Virus record (IMG/VR): IMGVR_UViG_3300013829_000018
Span: 1-44,786 of that record
Origin: a virus
Lineage: Duplodnaviria > Caudoviricetes
Reading direction: 5' to 3' (one strand)
DNA length: 44,786 nucleotides
Below, in pieces: positions 35,466 to 44,683 of the stretch. The translations under genes and the position numbers were made by a program. The notes below the pieces were generated by a model that worked only from the letters and a program-made list of their open reading frames with translations, was not told where the DNA came from and ran no database searches. Position 1 is the stretch's first letter. Each line of letters starts with the position of its first letter.

Positions 35466-36911
35466 ATGGACGCGCCGTGCACCGTGCTTGGCCGCAGGGC
35501 CAGCGACAGCGAGTGCAGCAGCACCGTGCTGGCCGCCACGCCGGACCAGATGGCGCGGTGCCGCGAGTGCGACCGGGGCCGCCTGTTGATGGATTCGGTA
35601 CGGCGCGGTCCGTTCGGGCTGCCCGCGTCGGCCGGATCCACCGGGCCCACGTCCACCGCGCGGGCCGTCGCCACCGAAGAAACCAGCCCCCGGGCGGCAC
35701 GACCCGCCACCCAGACGGACCAGATACCCGCCCAGAAGGCCAGAAAGGAGGCCCCCATGGCGACATACGGTACATGCAAGGCCTGCGGCACGAAAAACCG
35801 CGCGCTGCCCTGCCGCAGCCTGTGCAGCAGCTGCTACGCCGCGTTCCGCGAGCGCCGCAAGAAGTGGGTGGCGCTGGGCAATACCGGCGACCCCGCGCCG
35901 GATTTTACCGGCGAAGAAGCCGTACCCGACGTGACGCCCGAGGACGTCCCCATTCCCCCCCTTGGCCAGCCGGAAGGCCAGGAGCCGCAAGACGACGGTG
36001 ACCAGCTGCCCGGCAGCGAATGCACCGATGGCCAACCCCTTCCGGATCTGGACGCCCTGTCGCGCGTGCTGGGCGTGCCTGCGGGCGCGCTGGCGCAGGA
36101 GATGGGGATGGTGACGCCGGTACCTCTGGTGGAAACGGTCCGGGTGATCGTTGATGGCAAGGACGTGGGCACGCTTGCCCAGTGGAAAGAGCAGAATGAC
36201 GCTGCCGCCAAGGGAGACGCGGAAGGGGGCGCTGCGGTGCCCCCGGCGGAGGCCTGGGACCCCACATTTGGAGGGAGTCAAGTCCGCAAGTCGGACGTGG
36301 AAGCAGAAGGTAAGGCCGTTATGGACGCGCTGACGGCTGCAGCCGAGGAGGCCGCCGTTGCCGCAACCGTCACCGCCGCAGACGTCCCCGAACTGGAAGC
36401 GGCGCTTTCGTCCCTCACCGACAAGGTGGCCGCCAGAATGGCCGAACAGGGTCAACCCGCGCAGGCCCCCGCGCCCGATGGCGTGACCGGCAGTCCCACC
36501 CCTCATGCTGACGGACGCGTGATGATCGGCGGGCGGCTGTTCGTCCCGCTGCTGGCCAGCGGCCACGCGCGCAAGCCCAGCCTGACCGTCTACCGCAAAC
36601 GCTGCCGCCTCAACATTGCGGCCCTGCGCGCCCTGGGTGCCGAGGACCTGGAGCAGGGCTACGTGGCCCTGTACTGGAGCGAGGAGCAGGCCCAGTTGGC
36701 CCTGCGCATCCTGCCCGCCCAGGCGGACGGTACGCTGCATCTGCGCTTTGCCAAGCCACGCAACAAGGGCGCGGAGTTCTCCACGCCGGTCATCGCGCGC
36801 AAGTTCCCCTCGCTCGGAGACGAGAATGCCCGCTTCGACCTCGCGCTGCAGGACGGATTTCTGCTGGCCGGTGCGCCCGTGACGGGCGGCGGCGACTCGG
36901 TGGAGGGCTAG
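35466..36911 (+). CDS. Hypothetical protein (Cys clusters, low-complexity centre); likely second start at 35757
   Basis: AAGGA SD at 35453; strong AAGGAGG before in-frame ATG 35757. Confidence 0.7.
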   Translation: MDAPCTVLGRRASDSECSSTVLAATPDQMARCRECDRGRLLMDSVRRGPFGLPASAGSTGPTSTARAVATEETSPRAARPATQTDQIPAQKARKEAPMATYGTCKACGTKNRALPCRSLCSSCYAAFRERRKKWVALGNTGDPAPDFTGEEAVPDVTPEDVPIPPLGQPEGQEPQDDGDQLPGSECTDGQPLPDLDALSRVLGVPAGALAQEMGMVTPVPLVETVRVIVDGKDVGTLAQWKEQNDAAAKGDAEGGAAVPPAEAWDPTFGGSQVRKSDVEAEGKAVMDALTAAAEEAAVAATVTAADVPELEAALSSLTDKVAARMAEQGQPAQAPAPDGVTGSPTPHADGRVMIGGRLFVPLLASGHARKPSLTVYRKRCRLNIAALRALGAEDLEQGYVALYWSEEQAQLALRILPAQADGTLHLRFAKPRNKGAEFSTPVIARKFPSLGDENARFDLALQDGFLLAGAPVTGGGDSVEG

Positions 36912-36914
36912 GCC

Positions 36915-37241
36915 ATGACCCAGACAGACCCGTACCGGCAGGGTGACACCCTGTACCGCGCCTTCTTCCGCAAGGGCAGCGAAGGGCTAGAGATCGTGGA
37001 AGGCCACGTGACCATGGCCAGCGACACCCGCTTTTTGGTCAAGTGCCGGGGCAGCGAGGAAAGCCACGCCCAGACGGCCCCGGCCGGGTGGCGGCGCACC
37101 CGCCCCGAAGCACTGGACCACCTGCTGCGCGGCCTGCAGCTGACGCGCGGCCGCGTGGATGCAGACCTTCTGGTGCTGGAAGCCAAGATCAAGCACACCC
37201 GCGCACTGCGTGTGGAGCTTCAGCGAGAGGAGGTGGCCTAG
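36915..37241 (+). CDS. Hypothetical early protein
   Basis: GGAGG SD; tight coupling. Confidence 0.7.
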   Translation: MTQTDPYRQGDTLYRAFFRKGSEGLEIVEGHVTMASDTRFLVKCRGSEESHAQTAPAGWRRTRPEALDHLLRGLQLTRGRVDADLLVLEAKIKHTRALRVELQREEVA

Positions 37242-37243
37242 CC

Positions 37244-37861
37244 ATGCTCTGTCACTTTCTGCCGCAGTTGTTCGACGCGCCGGAAGTCGGCCCTTTGACC
37301 CCCGTCAGGGTGCTTGATTTCTCCTGCCCGAAGCTTGGGCTGCATATTGATGGCTCGCAGTTGGCTCTCCGCCGTCCGTATCCCAACAAGCGTTACCAGG
37401 TTGCCTGCCGCAATGTGGGCCGGAAGGCCTGTCTCGGTTTCTTTGCGGAGGTGCCCGACCAGTGCATGCTGCCAGAATTCTCGACGGTCACCCGCTGGGG
37501 ATTGGGGGAGCGCATCCTGGTCCACAAGGTCAACCACCTGATCCTTGACCGCGAGTTGGACGCCATCACCTGGGATCCCGTCATCTGGGGGGGGCTGCAT
37601 GAGTGGCCGTCACGCAGGCCGTCCATGGTGCCTGCCGAATGGGCACCATCGAAATACCGTCCGCGCATGGATGTGTGGGCCTTCGAAGAAAGACAGGGTT
37701 TTTCCATTATCGACCGGGCGGAAGACCATCTGCTGGTGGAACGGACGGAAACGCTCTTCCTGCACACCGTGGAGCGCGCAAGGGTGATCGGATTCTGGAA
37801 GCGTATGCCGCTGCTTGAGCATGCCTTCCGTGTCGCCGGAGCTGTGGAGGAGGGGCAGTAG
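37244..37861 (+). CDS. Hypothetical protein
   Basis: AGGAGG SD; lower GC3 than neighbours. Confidence 0.65.
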   Translation: MLCHFLPQLFDAPEVGPLTPVRVLDFSCPKLGLHIDGSQLALRRPYPNKRYQVACRNVGRKACLGFFAEVPDQCMLPEFSTVTRWGLGERILVHKVNHLILDRELDAITWDPVIWGGLHEWPSRRPSMVPAEWAPSKYRPRMDVWAFEERQGFSIIDRAEDHLLVERTETLFLHTVERARVIGFWKRMPLLEHAFRVAGAVEEGQ

Positions 37862-37863
37862 CC

Positions 37864-38538
37864 ATGGCCGAATACCCCATCTCCTTCAAGCCGAGTATGG
37901 TCCGCGCTATCCTGGCGGGCCACAAAACCGAGACTCGCCGCATCGTCCGCCCGCCGTTTGAGCTACATCCCAACGGATTTCTCACCCGCCCGCGCAAGAA
38001 CGAGCGGCTGGCCCCGTACCCCTGTCCTTACGGCAAGCCCGGCGATACCCTTTGGGTGCGCGAGCGGTGGTACTACGAAGAGCACATGCACGACCGTACC
38101 GAAGGCACGCCTGACCTTCCCGGCGGGCTGTTTTCCAGCCGCCTGATATTCCATGCAGACTCCCCGGAATGGCCGGTCAACGAAGGCGTCGGTCGCCACG
38201 GCTGGCGGCCCTCTATCCATCTGCCAAAAACCCACAGCCGGATCCGGCTGACGGTTACCGGCTCCCGCCTTGAGCGCCTGCACGGCATCACCGAAGCCGG
38301 GGCCATGGCCGAGGGCGTCATCCCGCTGACCGAAAGCAGGGGCGGGCGTCACTTCACCGTGGAAGGCGACCACGGCTGGTACGAATCGCCCACCGCAATA
38401 GGGGCGTACCGTATGCTGTGGAACTCCATCGCTTACGAACGCACTCCCGCCAAGGAGGGCACCCCGTGCGATTGGGTAGCCAACCCCTTGGTCTGGGTGG
38501 TGCGGTTTGAGGTCAAGGAGGTGCGTGGTGGCCAATAG
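37864..38538 (+). CDS. ASCH/PUA-like conserved phage protein
   Basis: PISF..MVRAILAG.KTETRR, CPYGKPGD.LWVRE, WRPSIH.P, ERL..IT..A.AEG, NP.VWVV.F. Confidence 0.8.
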   Translation: MAEYPISFKPSMVRAILAGHKTETRRIVRPPFELHPNGFLTRPRKNERLAPYPCPYGKPGDTLWVRERWYYEEHMHDRTEGTPDLPGGLFSSRLIFHADSPEWPVNEGVGRHGWRPSIHLPKTHSRIRLTVTGSRLERLHGITEAGAMAEGVIPLTESRGGRHFTVEGDHGWYESPTAIGAYRMLWNSIAYERTPAKEGTPCDWVANPLVWVVRFEVKEVRGGQ

Positions 38539-38884
38539 TCCCGTCCGTGTCGCCGTTGACCGACTCGGGCCATCCGTACCGCGCAGGGCCCTCGCCGCCA
38601 TAACGCGGGTGCTGCTACGGCGCGCAAATGGCGAGATGGCCCGTGCCGACAACGCCGAACGCCAGCGCGACGTGCTGCTGCAGGCCCTGCACGGAGAGCT
38701 TCCGGACCGCCACGAGTTGCAGTGGTGGGGGGATGTTGACGCGCGCGTCGTGCGATGCCGGTACTGCCAGGCAGAGGGCAGGGTGCACTATTCCTTGGTC
38801 CACGCGCCCGGCTGCCCTGCGGCAGAGGCCCAGGCCCTGCTGGACGGCCACCGCGCCACGTTGCGGGCCGGGGAGGGCGGTTAG
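38528..38884 (+). CDS. Hypothetical protein with CxxC/H..C motif
   Basis: AAGGAGGT SD before GTG; CRYC..HAPGC. Confidence 0.6.
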   Translation: MANSPVRVAVDRLGPSVPRRALAAITRVLLRRANGEMARADNAERQRDVLLQALHGELPDRHELQWWGDVDARVVRCRYCQAEGRVHYSLVHAPGCPAAEAQALLDGHRATLRAGEGG

Positions 38885-38886
38885 CC

Positions 38887-39165
38887 ATGAGCACCCCCCC
38901 TCGCCGCTTCCCCGTCTCCCTGCGCCTGCCCAAAGCCGCGTTCAACGTCCTGGAGGCCAGGGCGCACGCCAAGAAGCAAACCGTGGATTCGCTGGCCGTA
39001 CAGTTAATCCTTCAAGCGTTGCTTGAAGATGGCGACGTGTGGATTTGCCCGGCCTGTGGCCATGTGCTGTCCGACCGCATCCCGGCAACGCCAGACCCCG
39101 AAAGCTGCTGGTCCATCTGTCCGGCGTGCGTGCAAAACGCGTCGGCCAACCCCCTTCCGGAGTAG
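38887..39165 (+). CDS. RHH-like plus zinc-ribbon small protein
   Basis: VSLRLP..L.ARA, CPAC...CPAC; GGAGG SD. Confidence 0.65.
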   Translation: MSTPPRRFPVSLRLPKAAFNVLEARAHAKKQTVDSLAVQLILQALLEDGDVWICPACGHVLSDRIPATPDPESCWSICPACVQNASANPLPE

Positions 39166-39169
39166 CCCC

Positions 39170-39439
39170 ATGAAGCCCGCTACCGACATCCCCCCCGCCC
39201 CCCAGCTGCACCACTTGGGCGGCTATCTGGATAAGCTCCCGCCCATGATCGCCCGCAAGGGGGTCAAGTACTTCACGGGCGGCCTCATCAGTCCCAAGAA
39301 GCTGGCCAACGACGATTCAGCGGGCAAGGGGCCGCTGGTGCGCCAGAAGATCGGCGAGGGCGTGGTGTACCCGACCCCCTATTTCCTGGCCTACCTGGAA
39401 GCGCAGGGCGTGCATGTCATTGCTGTTCCCCAGCTGTAG
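39170..39439 (+). CDS. Probable excisionase/recombination directionality factor
   Basis: Small wHTH-like ARK.V..FTGGLISPKKLAN.DS.GKGP..VVY; last early gene, convergent with int. Confidence 0.65.
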   Translation: MKPATDIPPAPQLHHLGGYLDKLPPMIARKGVKYFTGGLISPKKLANDDSAGKGPLVRQKIGEGVVYPTPYFLAYLEAQGVHVIAVPQL

Positions 39440-40787
39440 CCGCCGCCTGACCTCTGGCCAGCGTGAGGCGCGCAAGGGCGCGCTCCCGTTTGTTGCGGTC
39501 GCAATGGTGCAGGTAAATTTCGGTGGTGGTGACGCTGCGGTGCCCCAGCAGATCGCGCAGGGTGTAGATGTCCACTCCGTCCTCAAGCATGCGGGTGGCG
39601 TAGGTGTGGCGCAGGGTGTGCCACACAACGGTGTTTCGGGGGTCCGTAACGCCGTCGTTCAACCCAAGGGCCTTGGCTATGCGCCGCATGGCCCGGTTCA
39701 GGCCGTTGGCGTCGCGCATTTCGCCGTACATACCGGGGAAGAGATAGGGGCTGTTGGAAGGTACGGACAGCCGCTCGCGCAGCATGCGCAGGGCTTCGGG
39801 GAACAGGAGGCCCACCGGCACGATGCGGGTGCGTCCGCCTTTGGTAGACCGCTCGGATCGCCCCCCAAACATGATGCGCAGGGTGCCCGCCACCGGGTCC
39901 ACGGATTCACGTTGCAACGCCACCAACTCGCCAGCACGCGGACCCGTGTCCAGCGAAAGCAGCATCATGTCCCGCAACTCCGCGAGCTGGGTAACCCTGG
40001 TCCCCTCGAAGTTGAGCAACTGGGCAATTTCCTCGTCGTTGAGGGTGCGCAGGCGTCGGGCGTCGTACTTCGGCACCCGCACGCCACGCCCACGGGTTTT
40101 GAGTGTGGCGGGATTCACGCCGGTGAACAGCATCATGCCGGGTATTTCCAGCGACGGTGTCTCGCGGGCGAAATTGAACACCTCGCGGACGGCCTTCAGG
40201 ACGTGCAGCACGGTCTGGGGCGACAGGCGGGCATCGGCCTTGTTCTTGCCGCGCCCAGTCATGGGGCGCTTGGCGGCCACCTTCTTGCGCAACTGTTCGA
40301 TGTGATAGGGCGTAATGTCTTTTGCGCGCAGGGCACCCAATTCCGGCAGCACGTGCATGTCAAGCCAGACGCTCACCTGGGTGCTGCTTTGCCGGTTGTC
40401 CTCGCACCAGCCCTTGTACAGTTCGGCCAGCTCGCGGAAGGTGATGTCTTGCAGGGCTGCGCGCGCCGCCTCGCGGATGGCCTCCTGGCGTGCGGCTTCG
40501 GCGTTCTGACGCATGTCGCGCAAGGACTGCGGGCCTCGGCCGGTCTTCGCGTTCTGCTTCAGCTCCAGGAGCAGCGACTGTGCCTTGTCGGCTGTCCACC
40601 CTTCGGACGCCCAGCCCAGGGCCTCCAGCCTGCGCTTGCCGTCCCCGGAACGGTAGCGGATGCCGAAGTACCTGTCTGGCCTTCGCCCGTGCTTGCGTTC
40701 GGGGTGCTCTCGGAACAGCACGCCAGGCTTGTCCGGCATGCTCTGCCACGGCACCTCCATGAGGGGGGTAGCGGCCTTCGTTTTCAT
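39417..40787 (-). CDS. int: Tyrosine recombinase (phage integrase)
   Basis: Catalytic R (TGPRAGE), K (TKGG), HTLRH, LLGHRS and Y (TEIYLH); adjacent to attR; start 40787 or 40796. Confidence 0.96.
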   Translation of the reverse strand: MKTKAATPLMEVPWQSMPDKPGVLFREHPERKHGRRPDRYFGIRYRSGDGKRRLEALGWASEGWTADKAQSLLLELKQNAKTGRGPQSLRDMRQNAEAARQEAIREAARAALQDITFRELAELYKGWCEDNRQSSTQVSVWLDMHVLPELGALRAKDITPYHIEQLRKKVAAKRPMTGRGKNKADARLSPQTVLHVLKAVREVFNFARETPSLEIPGMMLFTGVNPATLKTRGRGVRVPKYDARRLRTLNDEEIAQLLNFEGTRVTQLAELRDMMLLSLDTGPRAGELVALQRESVDPVAGTLRIMFGGRSERSTKGGRTRIVPVGLLFPEALRMLRERLSVPSNSPYLFPGMYGEMRDANGLNRAMRRIAKALGLNDGVTDPRNTVVWHTLRHTYATRMLEDGVDIYTLRDLLGHRSVTTTEIYLHHCDRNKRERALARLTLARGQAAATAGEQQ

Positions 40788-40816
40788 GGTGCCCATATGG
40801 TGCCCACTCTCCGGGA
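40785..40816. promoter_or_regulatory. Integrase arm-type sites, right arm; overlap the int start
   Basis: 32-bp block identical to 2579-2610. Confidence 0.75.
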
Positions 40817-40839
40817 TTTGTCGGGAATCGCAGGGAACA

Positions 40840-40868
40840 TTGATATGGCATTCATTGCATTTTTTCAA
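40840..40868 (-). promoter_or_regulatory. Possible int promoter
   Basis: TTGAAA-17-TATCAA on the minus strand, inside attR. Confidence 0.4.
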
Positions 40869-40913
40869 GCTACTACAGACCACAAGGAACGCACGGGAAT
40901 GCATGCCGACTTT

Positions 40914-40963
40914 CTCCTAAGCTGTAGGCCACAGGTTCGATTCCTGTCGGGCGCACCAGAAAA
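40914..40963 (+). repeat. attR core (displaced 3' half of tRNA-Arg)
   Basis: Identical to 2468-2517; no tRNA 5' half upstream. Confidence 0.96.
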
Positions 40964-40965
40964 CC

Positions 40966-41000
40966 AAGAGGATACGAGATGAACGTCTCGTGTCCTCTTT
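40966..41000 (+). terminator. Original host tRNA terminator
   Basis: AAGAGGATACGAGAT-gaac-GTCTCGTGTCCTCTT-T. Confidence 0.75.
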
Positions 41001-41235
41001 GTCATTTCCTGGCCGCAACGGACCTGGTTGCCCTTTGGTTGTCCATCCGTTGCACTTCTCCTGCGCGCGTTTTCCTGCTCCTGAACAGGGTGTTGACGAT
41101 GTGTTGTTTTGTTGTTGTTTAATATGCATTACACTGATAACGCGTGAGATTAAATCTTTCGCCGCATAGGGTGTCGATGAGGTTTGCCTCCCCCCGTCCT
41201 TGACATTCGGGGCGGAAGGTGATGCCGGTACGGGC

Positions 41236-42351
41236 ATGCCGCTTCAGGATTCACCCACCACGCCGCACGAGGCCGCTGCCACGGCCTGTCCCGCAGGGCG
41301 TTCCGTCGCTGTCAGTTCCCAGCCGTCCGCCTCCACACCGGCGGGCCAGGTTCGGGGGCGGCTGGCCCCAAGCCCCACGGGGCGCATCCACCTCGGCAAT
41401 GCCAGCTCCTTTCTGATGGCCTGGCTGTGCGCCCGCGCTGCCGGCGGGAGCATGGTGCTGCGCATGGAGGATATCGACCCGGACCGCTCTCGCCCGGAAT
41501 TCGTGGAGGGCATGGTCCGCGATCTGCTGTGGCTGGGGCTGGACTGGGACGAGGGGCCGGAGTTTCCCGGTTTCGCCGATGTGCCCGCGCGTGGCGGGCC
41601 CTGCGGGCCGTACTCCCAGAGCGAACGCCTGGCTGCCTATGCGGATGCCCTGGCCCGGCTGGAGCGGGAAGGGCACGTCTACCCCTGCTTCTGCACCCGC
41701 AAGGAGTTACGTTCCCTGGCGTCCGCCCCGCATGCTGGCGAATGCGGCCCCGCCTACCCCGGCACCTGCCGCGCCCTTGGGCCGCAGGACCGCGCCCGGC
41801 GCATGGCCGAAGGCCGCCGCCCGGCCATGCGGGTGCAGTGTGGCGATGCGGACATCACCTTCACCGACCGCATTGCCGGTCCGCAGCGCATGTCGCTGGC
41901 CCAGTGCGGGGGCGATTTCGCGGTGCGGCGCTCCGATGGGGTGTTCGCCTACCAGTTGGCGGTGGTGGTGGACGACATCGCCATGGGCGTCACCCAGGTG
42001 GCGCGCGGCGACGACATACTTTCCAGCACGCCGCGCCAGATATGGCTGTACCGCCTGCTGGGCGCACCGTCGCCGGACTACGTGCATGTGCCGCTGCTGC
42101 TGGATCACGAGGGCGAGCGGCTGGCCAAGCGGCACGGCTCGCTGGCCGTGGCCGCCCTGCGCGAGGCGGGTGTGAAGCCGCAGGCCGTCACCGGATATCT
42201 TGCGTGGCGCTTGGGACTGCGCGATGCACCTGGCCTTGCCTTGCCGCGTGAACTGGTGGCTGGTTTCGATCTGGCCCGCGTGTCGCGCCAGCCGGTGATC
42301 CTGCCCGCCGATGTGGCGGACTTGCTGCACCGGATGAGCCGGGCAGGCTAG
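41236..42351 (+). CDS. gluQ: Glutamyl-Q tRNA(Asp) synthetase
   Basis: RLAPSPTG.IHLGN, LRMEDID, CFCTR..YPGTC, YQLAVVVDD, RGDD, RLAKR; no anticodon-binding domain; start uncertain. Confidence 0.92.
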   Translation: MPLQDSPTTPHEAAATACPAGRSVAVSSQPSASTPAGQVRGRLAPSPTGRIHLGNASSFLMAWLCARAAGGSMVLRMEDIDPDRSRPEFVEGMVRDLLWLGLDWDEGPEFPGFADVPARGGPCGPYSQSERLAAYADALARLEREGHVYPCFCTRKELRSLASAPHAGECGPAYPGTCRALGPQDRARRMAEGRRPAMRVQCGDADITFTDRIAGPQRMSLAQCGGDFAVRRSDGVFAYQLAVVVDDIAMGVTQVARGDDILSSTPRQIWLYRLLGAPSPDYVHVPLLLDHEGERLAKRHGSLAVAALREAGVKPQAVTGYLAWRLGLRDAPGLALPRELVAGFDLARVSRQPVILPADVADLLHRMSRAG

Positions 42352-42688
42352 GGGCCGGCGAACTGCGGCTGCGTTGCAGGTGTTCGGCCAAGGCTGGGAC
42401 GGATCGCCATCTTTACGCGCCGCGCTGCAGCCCGCCTTTTCGCGCCCACGGCCGTGCCGCACGCTGGTCCTTTCCCTGTAAGGGGCTTGCCTCGCCGCCC
42501 TGTGCGTGCTAGCCAGATTTTCCGCGAACTCCGGCAATGGCAAGGGGTTTCGTGGTCCCGGCCCGCCCGTGTCCACGGCATGTCCGCTTCACGTCCGGAC
42601 CGTGCGCGCCCCGGACCGTGCGCCATGTCCGTTCCGGCGGCCCTGTCTTCGCCCGACCCGCCCTATGCCGCGAAATGGGAGACCAGCG

Positions 42689-43078
42689 ATGCCCACTACC
42701 AGCAGCGAACGCATCTTCACCCCGCAACGGCTTGCCGCCCTGTTCCCGCCCGACCGGGCCAACGCCTTCTTCGACGCCCTTTACGGCGACGCGGAGGACG
42801 GGGCTTACGACATCGCCCTGGCCTTTGACGGCGAGCACGACAACGGCCTGGAATTCTCGTTCCGGCTCACCCAGCGGCCAGGCCACTGTCTGGCCTGCAA
42901 CCTTACCTACGGCTTGCCGCAGGTGTTCGAGCGGCATCCGGTTATTGACCTGCCCGGCGTGGTGGCCAATATCGCCAACGCCCTGGGCCGGACCGAAACC
43001 ACCCGGTGGCGTCTGCTGCCCACGCGCGAAATGTCACGCACGCTGCACGTCATTCCGCTGCTGGTGACCTTCGGCTGA
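42689..43078 (+). CDS. Conserved-looking hypothetical protein with CxxC
   Basis: GGGAG SD; FFDALYGDAEDGAYDI, CLACNLTYGLP.VF.RHP. Confidence 0.75.
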   Translation: MPTTSSERIFTPQRLAALFPPDRANAFFDALYGDAEDGAYDIALAFDGEHDNGLEFSFRLTQRPGHCLACNLTYGLPQVFERHPVIDLPGVVANIANALGRTETTRWRLLPTREMSRTLHVIPLLVTFG

Positions 43079-43300
43079 TTCGCGGCTGCTCCGCACGTGC
43101 GGTGCCGCGCATGGGCGGCGTACGAGGCTTTCTCGGCGAATCCCGGCATCAATCCATGGGGGCGTTCCGACACTCTTGGGCGCTTTTTCCCCTCGCCGGA
43201 ATTTTTAGGCCATGCGCAGCCCATCACGTTCCCTTGTGATCGTAAGCCGACTACGTTGGCGGGCCGAAATCATCCAGGTCCGGCCTGTGTCACCCTCGGC

Positions 43301-43338
43301 AAAAAGAAAACCGCCCCTTTCGGGGCGGTTTTCTTTTT
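43301..43338. terminator. Bidirectional rho-independent terminator
   Basis: AAAAAGAAAACCGCCCC-tttc-GGGGCGGTTTTCTTTTT between convergent genes. Confidence 0.9.
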
Positions 43339-43359
43339 GCGTGGCGTGATTCGCGCCTG

Positions 43360-43920
43360 CTAGGGGGCGATGCTGCGGGCGATGAAGCGAATGGCTTCCT
43401 CGTACAGATTCGGCGGGGCGTAGGGGGTGAGCAGGCGGGTACGGTTGACGCCGACCATCATGGAAATGATGACCTGCGCGGTTTCGTGTACCGGCAACTG
43501 GCGGATGGACCCGTCTTCCACGCCGCGGCGCAGCTGGCTTTCCAGTTCACGCGGGACCTGGTTGAACTTTTCGTACATCAGGTCGCGGTCGGTCTTGGTC
43601 TTCATGTCGCTGTACGGCACCAGCCAGTTGGACGTCTTGTCGATGGAGAAGTCCAGGTAGGCCGTGCAGAAGTTGAGTACCGACTCATGTCCGGTCTTGC
43701 CCTTGGCGGAAGCCTCGCGCAGCACGGCAAGAAACTGTTCGAGCACGTCGATGCCAGCGGCGAGAAACAGTTTTTCCTTGTTGCCATAATGGTGCGTGAG
43801 CAGCCCAAGGGCCACTCCGGCGCGTTCCGAAATCTTTTTGAAGGTGGTGTCGGCATAGCCGAATTCACCAAAAAGCTCTTTTGCCGCCTGAAGCAACGCT
43901 TCTTTCTTCGAGATGCTCAT
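43360..43920 (-). CDS. TetR/AcrR family transcriptional regulator
   Basis: KKEALLQAAKELFGEFGY..TTFKKISERAGVALGLL.HHYGNKE.LF. Confidence 0.92.
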   Translation of the reverse strand: MSISKKEALLQAAKELFGEFGYADTTFKKISERAGVALGLLTHHYGNKEKLFLAAGIDVLEQFLAVLREASAKGKTGHESVLNFCTAYLDFSIDKTSNWLVPYSDMKTKTDRDLMYEKFNQVPRELESQLRRGVEDGSIRQLPVHETAQVIISMMVGVNRTRLLTPYAPPNLYEEAIRFIARSIAP

Positions 43921-44271
43921 GTCAACGGCCCGTGGTAGTGCTTGAGGTGTGTATACAAGGGCTCCGCATCCGGCAAGGCGGATGCTCGTCGTGGAGCCGC
44001 ATAAGAACCGTCGGACCCGCACCCGACGGAACACCGGGAACACTTGTGCCTTCGGCGTCGGCCCGGCGAGGGGCCACGAAGGGCTGCACCTGTGTAGCTT
44101 ACATGCATGTGGCAGTCAACGCCGCCTGTGCGCACAGTGAAAATGTTGACGCGGGTTTTGTCAACTAGATTCCTCGGAAATGATGCAGAGTCGGCAACTC
44201 TCCGCATCACGCGCTGTTGAATGGTTGACCAATCCAATATGGATCGTGACTGTCGAGACAATACTGGCGTG

Positions 44272-44416
44272 TAAAAACGAAGACGGCCCCACAGTGGGGC
44301 CGTCTCGTGAGGAGTGTTCCGTTGCTCACCTTGCGCACCGAGAAAACCGACAAACCTGTCCGGGAAAGCGTGAAGGAGGCAGGCGGAGTGCGTCGGTCCG
44401 GCTTGTTTGGCCAAGC
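44272..44416 (-). ncRNA. Putative sRNA B (ends approximate)
   Basis: TTGACG(44446-51)-17-TAGCTT(44423-28) with TG extension; ends ACACTCCTC then an AGACGGCCCC hairpin and U-tract; no credible ORF. Confidence 0.6.
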
Positions 44417-44543
44417 AAACAAAAGCTAGCATCGCGGTGGCGGCGCGTCAAGGGGAGGTGGGTATGACGGCAGGGGCGGACGTGCTGCTTGGGTTGGAGA
44501 TAGCAGCACTGCGAAGACGCATGACATGGTGTTGGCTGTTTAA

Positions 44544-44683
44544 TCAAACAAGACGGCTCCCATGAAAAGGGAGCCGTCTCGGAGAGGAGTGTACTGATGC
44601 CAGGGGAGCTTGCCGGTAGGTGCATACCGGAGGGGGATGGTGCAGATCGCGCCCTGAAAGCTGACTGGGTAATCAATCAGTGC
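44544..44683 (-). ncRNA. Putative sRNA A (ends approximate)
   Basis: TTGACA(44713-18)-17-TATAGT(44690-95); ends ACACTCCTC then an AGACGGCTCCC hairpin and TGTTT; no credible ORF. Confidence 0.65.

Larger units (their letters stand above)
2468..40963. mobile_element. Complete-looking temperate prophage (lambda-like head, Mu-like contractile tail) integrated in tRNA-Arg(CCT); unit length 38,446 bp
   Basis: 50-bp direct repeat at both ends, integrase next to the right copy, full set of replication, packaging, head, tail, lysis and immunity genes with no visible disruption. Confidence 0.97.

Noticed and set aside
40914-40958. Second tRNA-Arg gene
   Set aside because: Only the 3' half is present; it is attR
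39414-40982. 522-aa plus-strand ORF over the integrase
   Set aside because: Antisense shadow; the catalytic R-K-H-R-H-Y residues are on the minus strand
43590-43640. Possible short in-frame deletion in the TetR C-terminal domain (..NWLVPYSD..)
   Set aside because: Only an impression; it needs an alignment to homologues and the frame is intact
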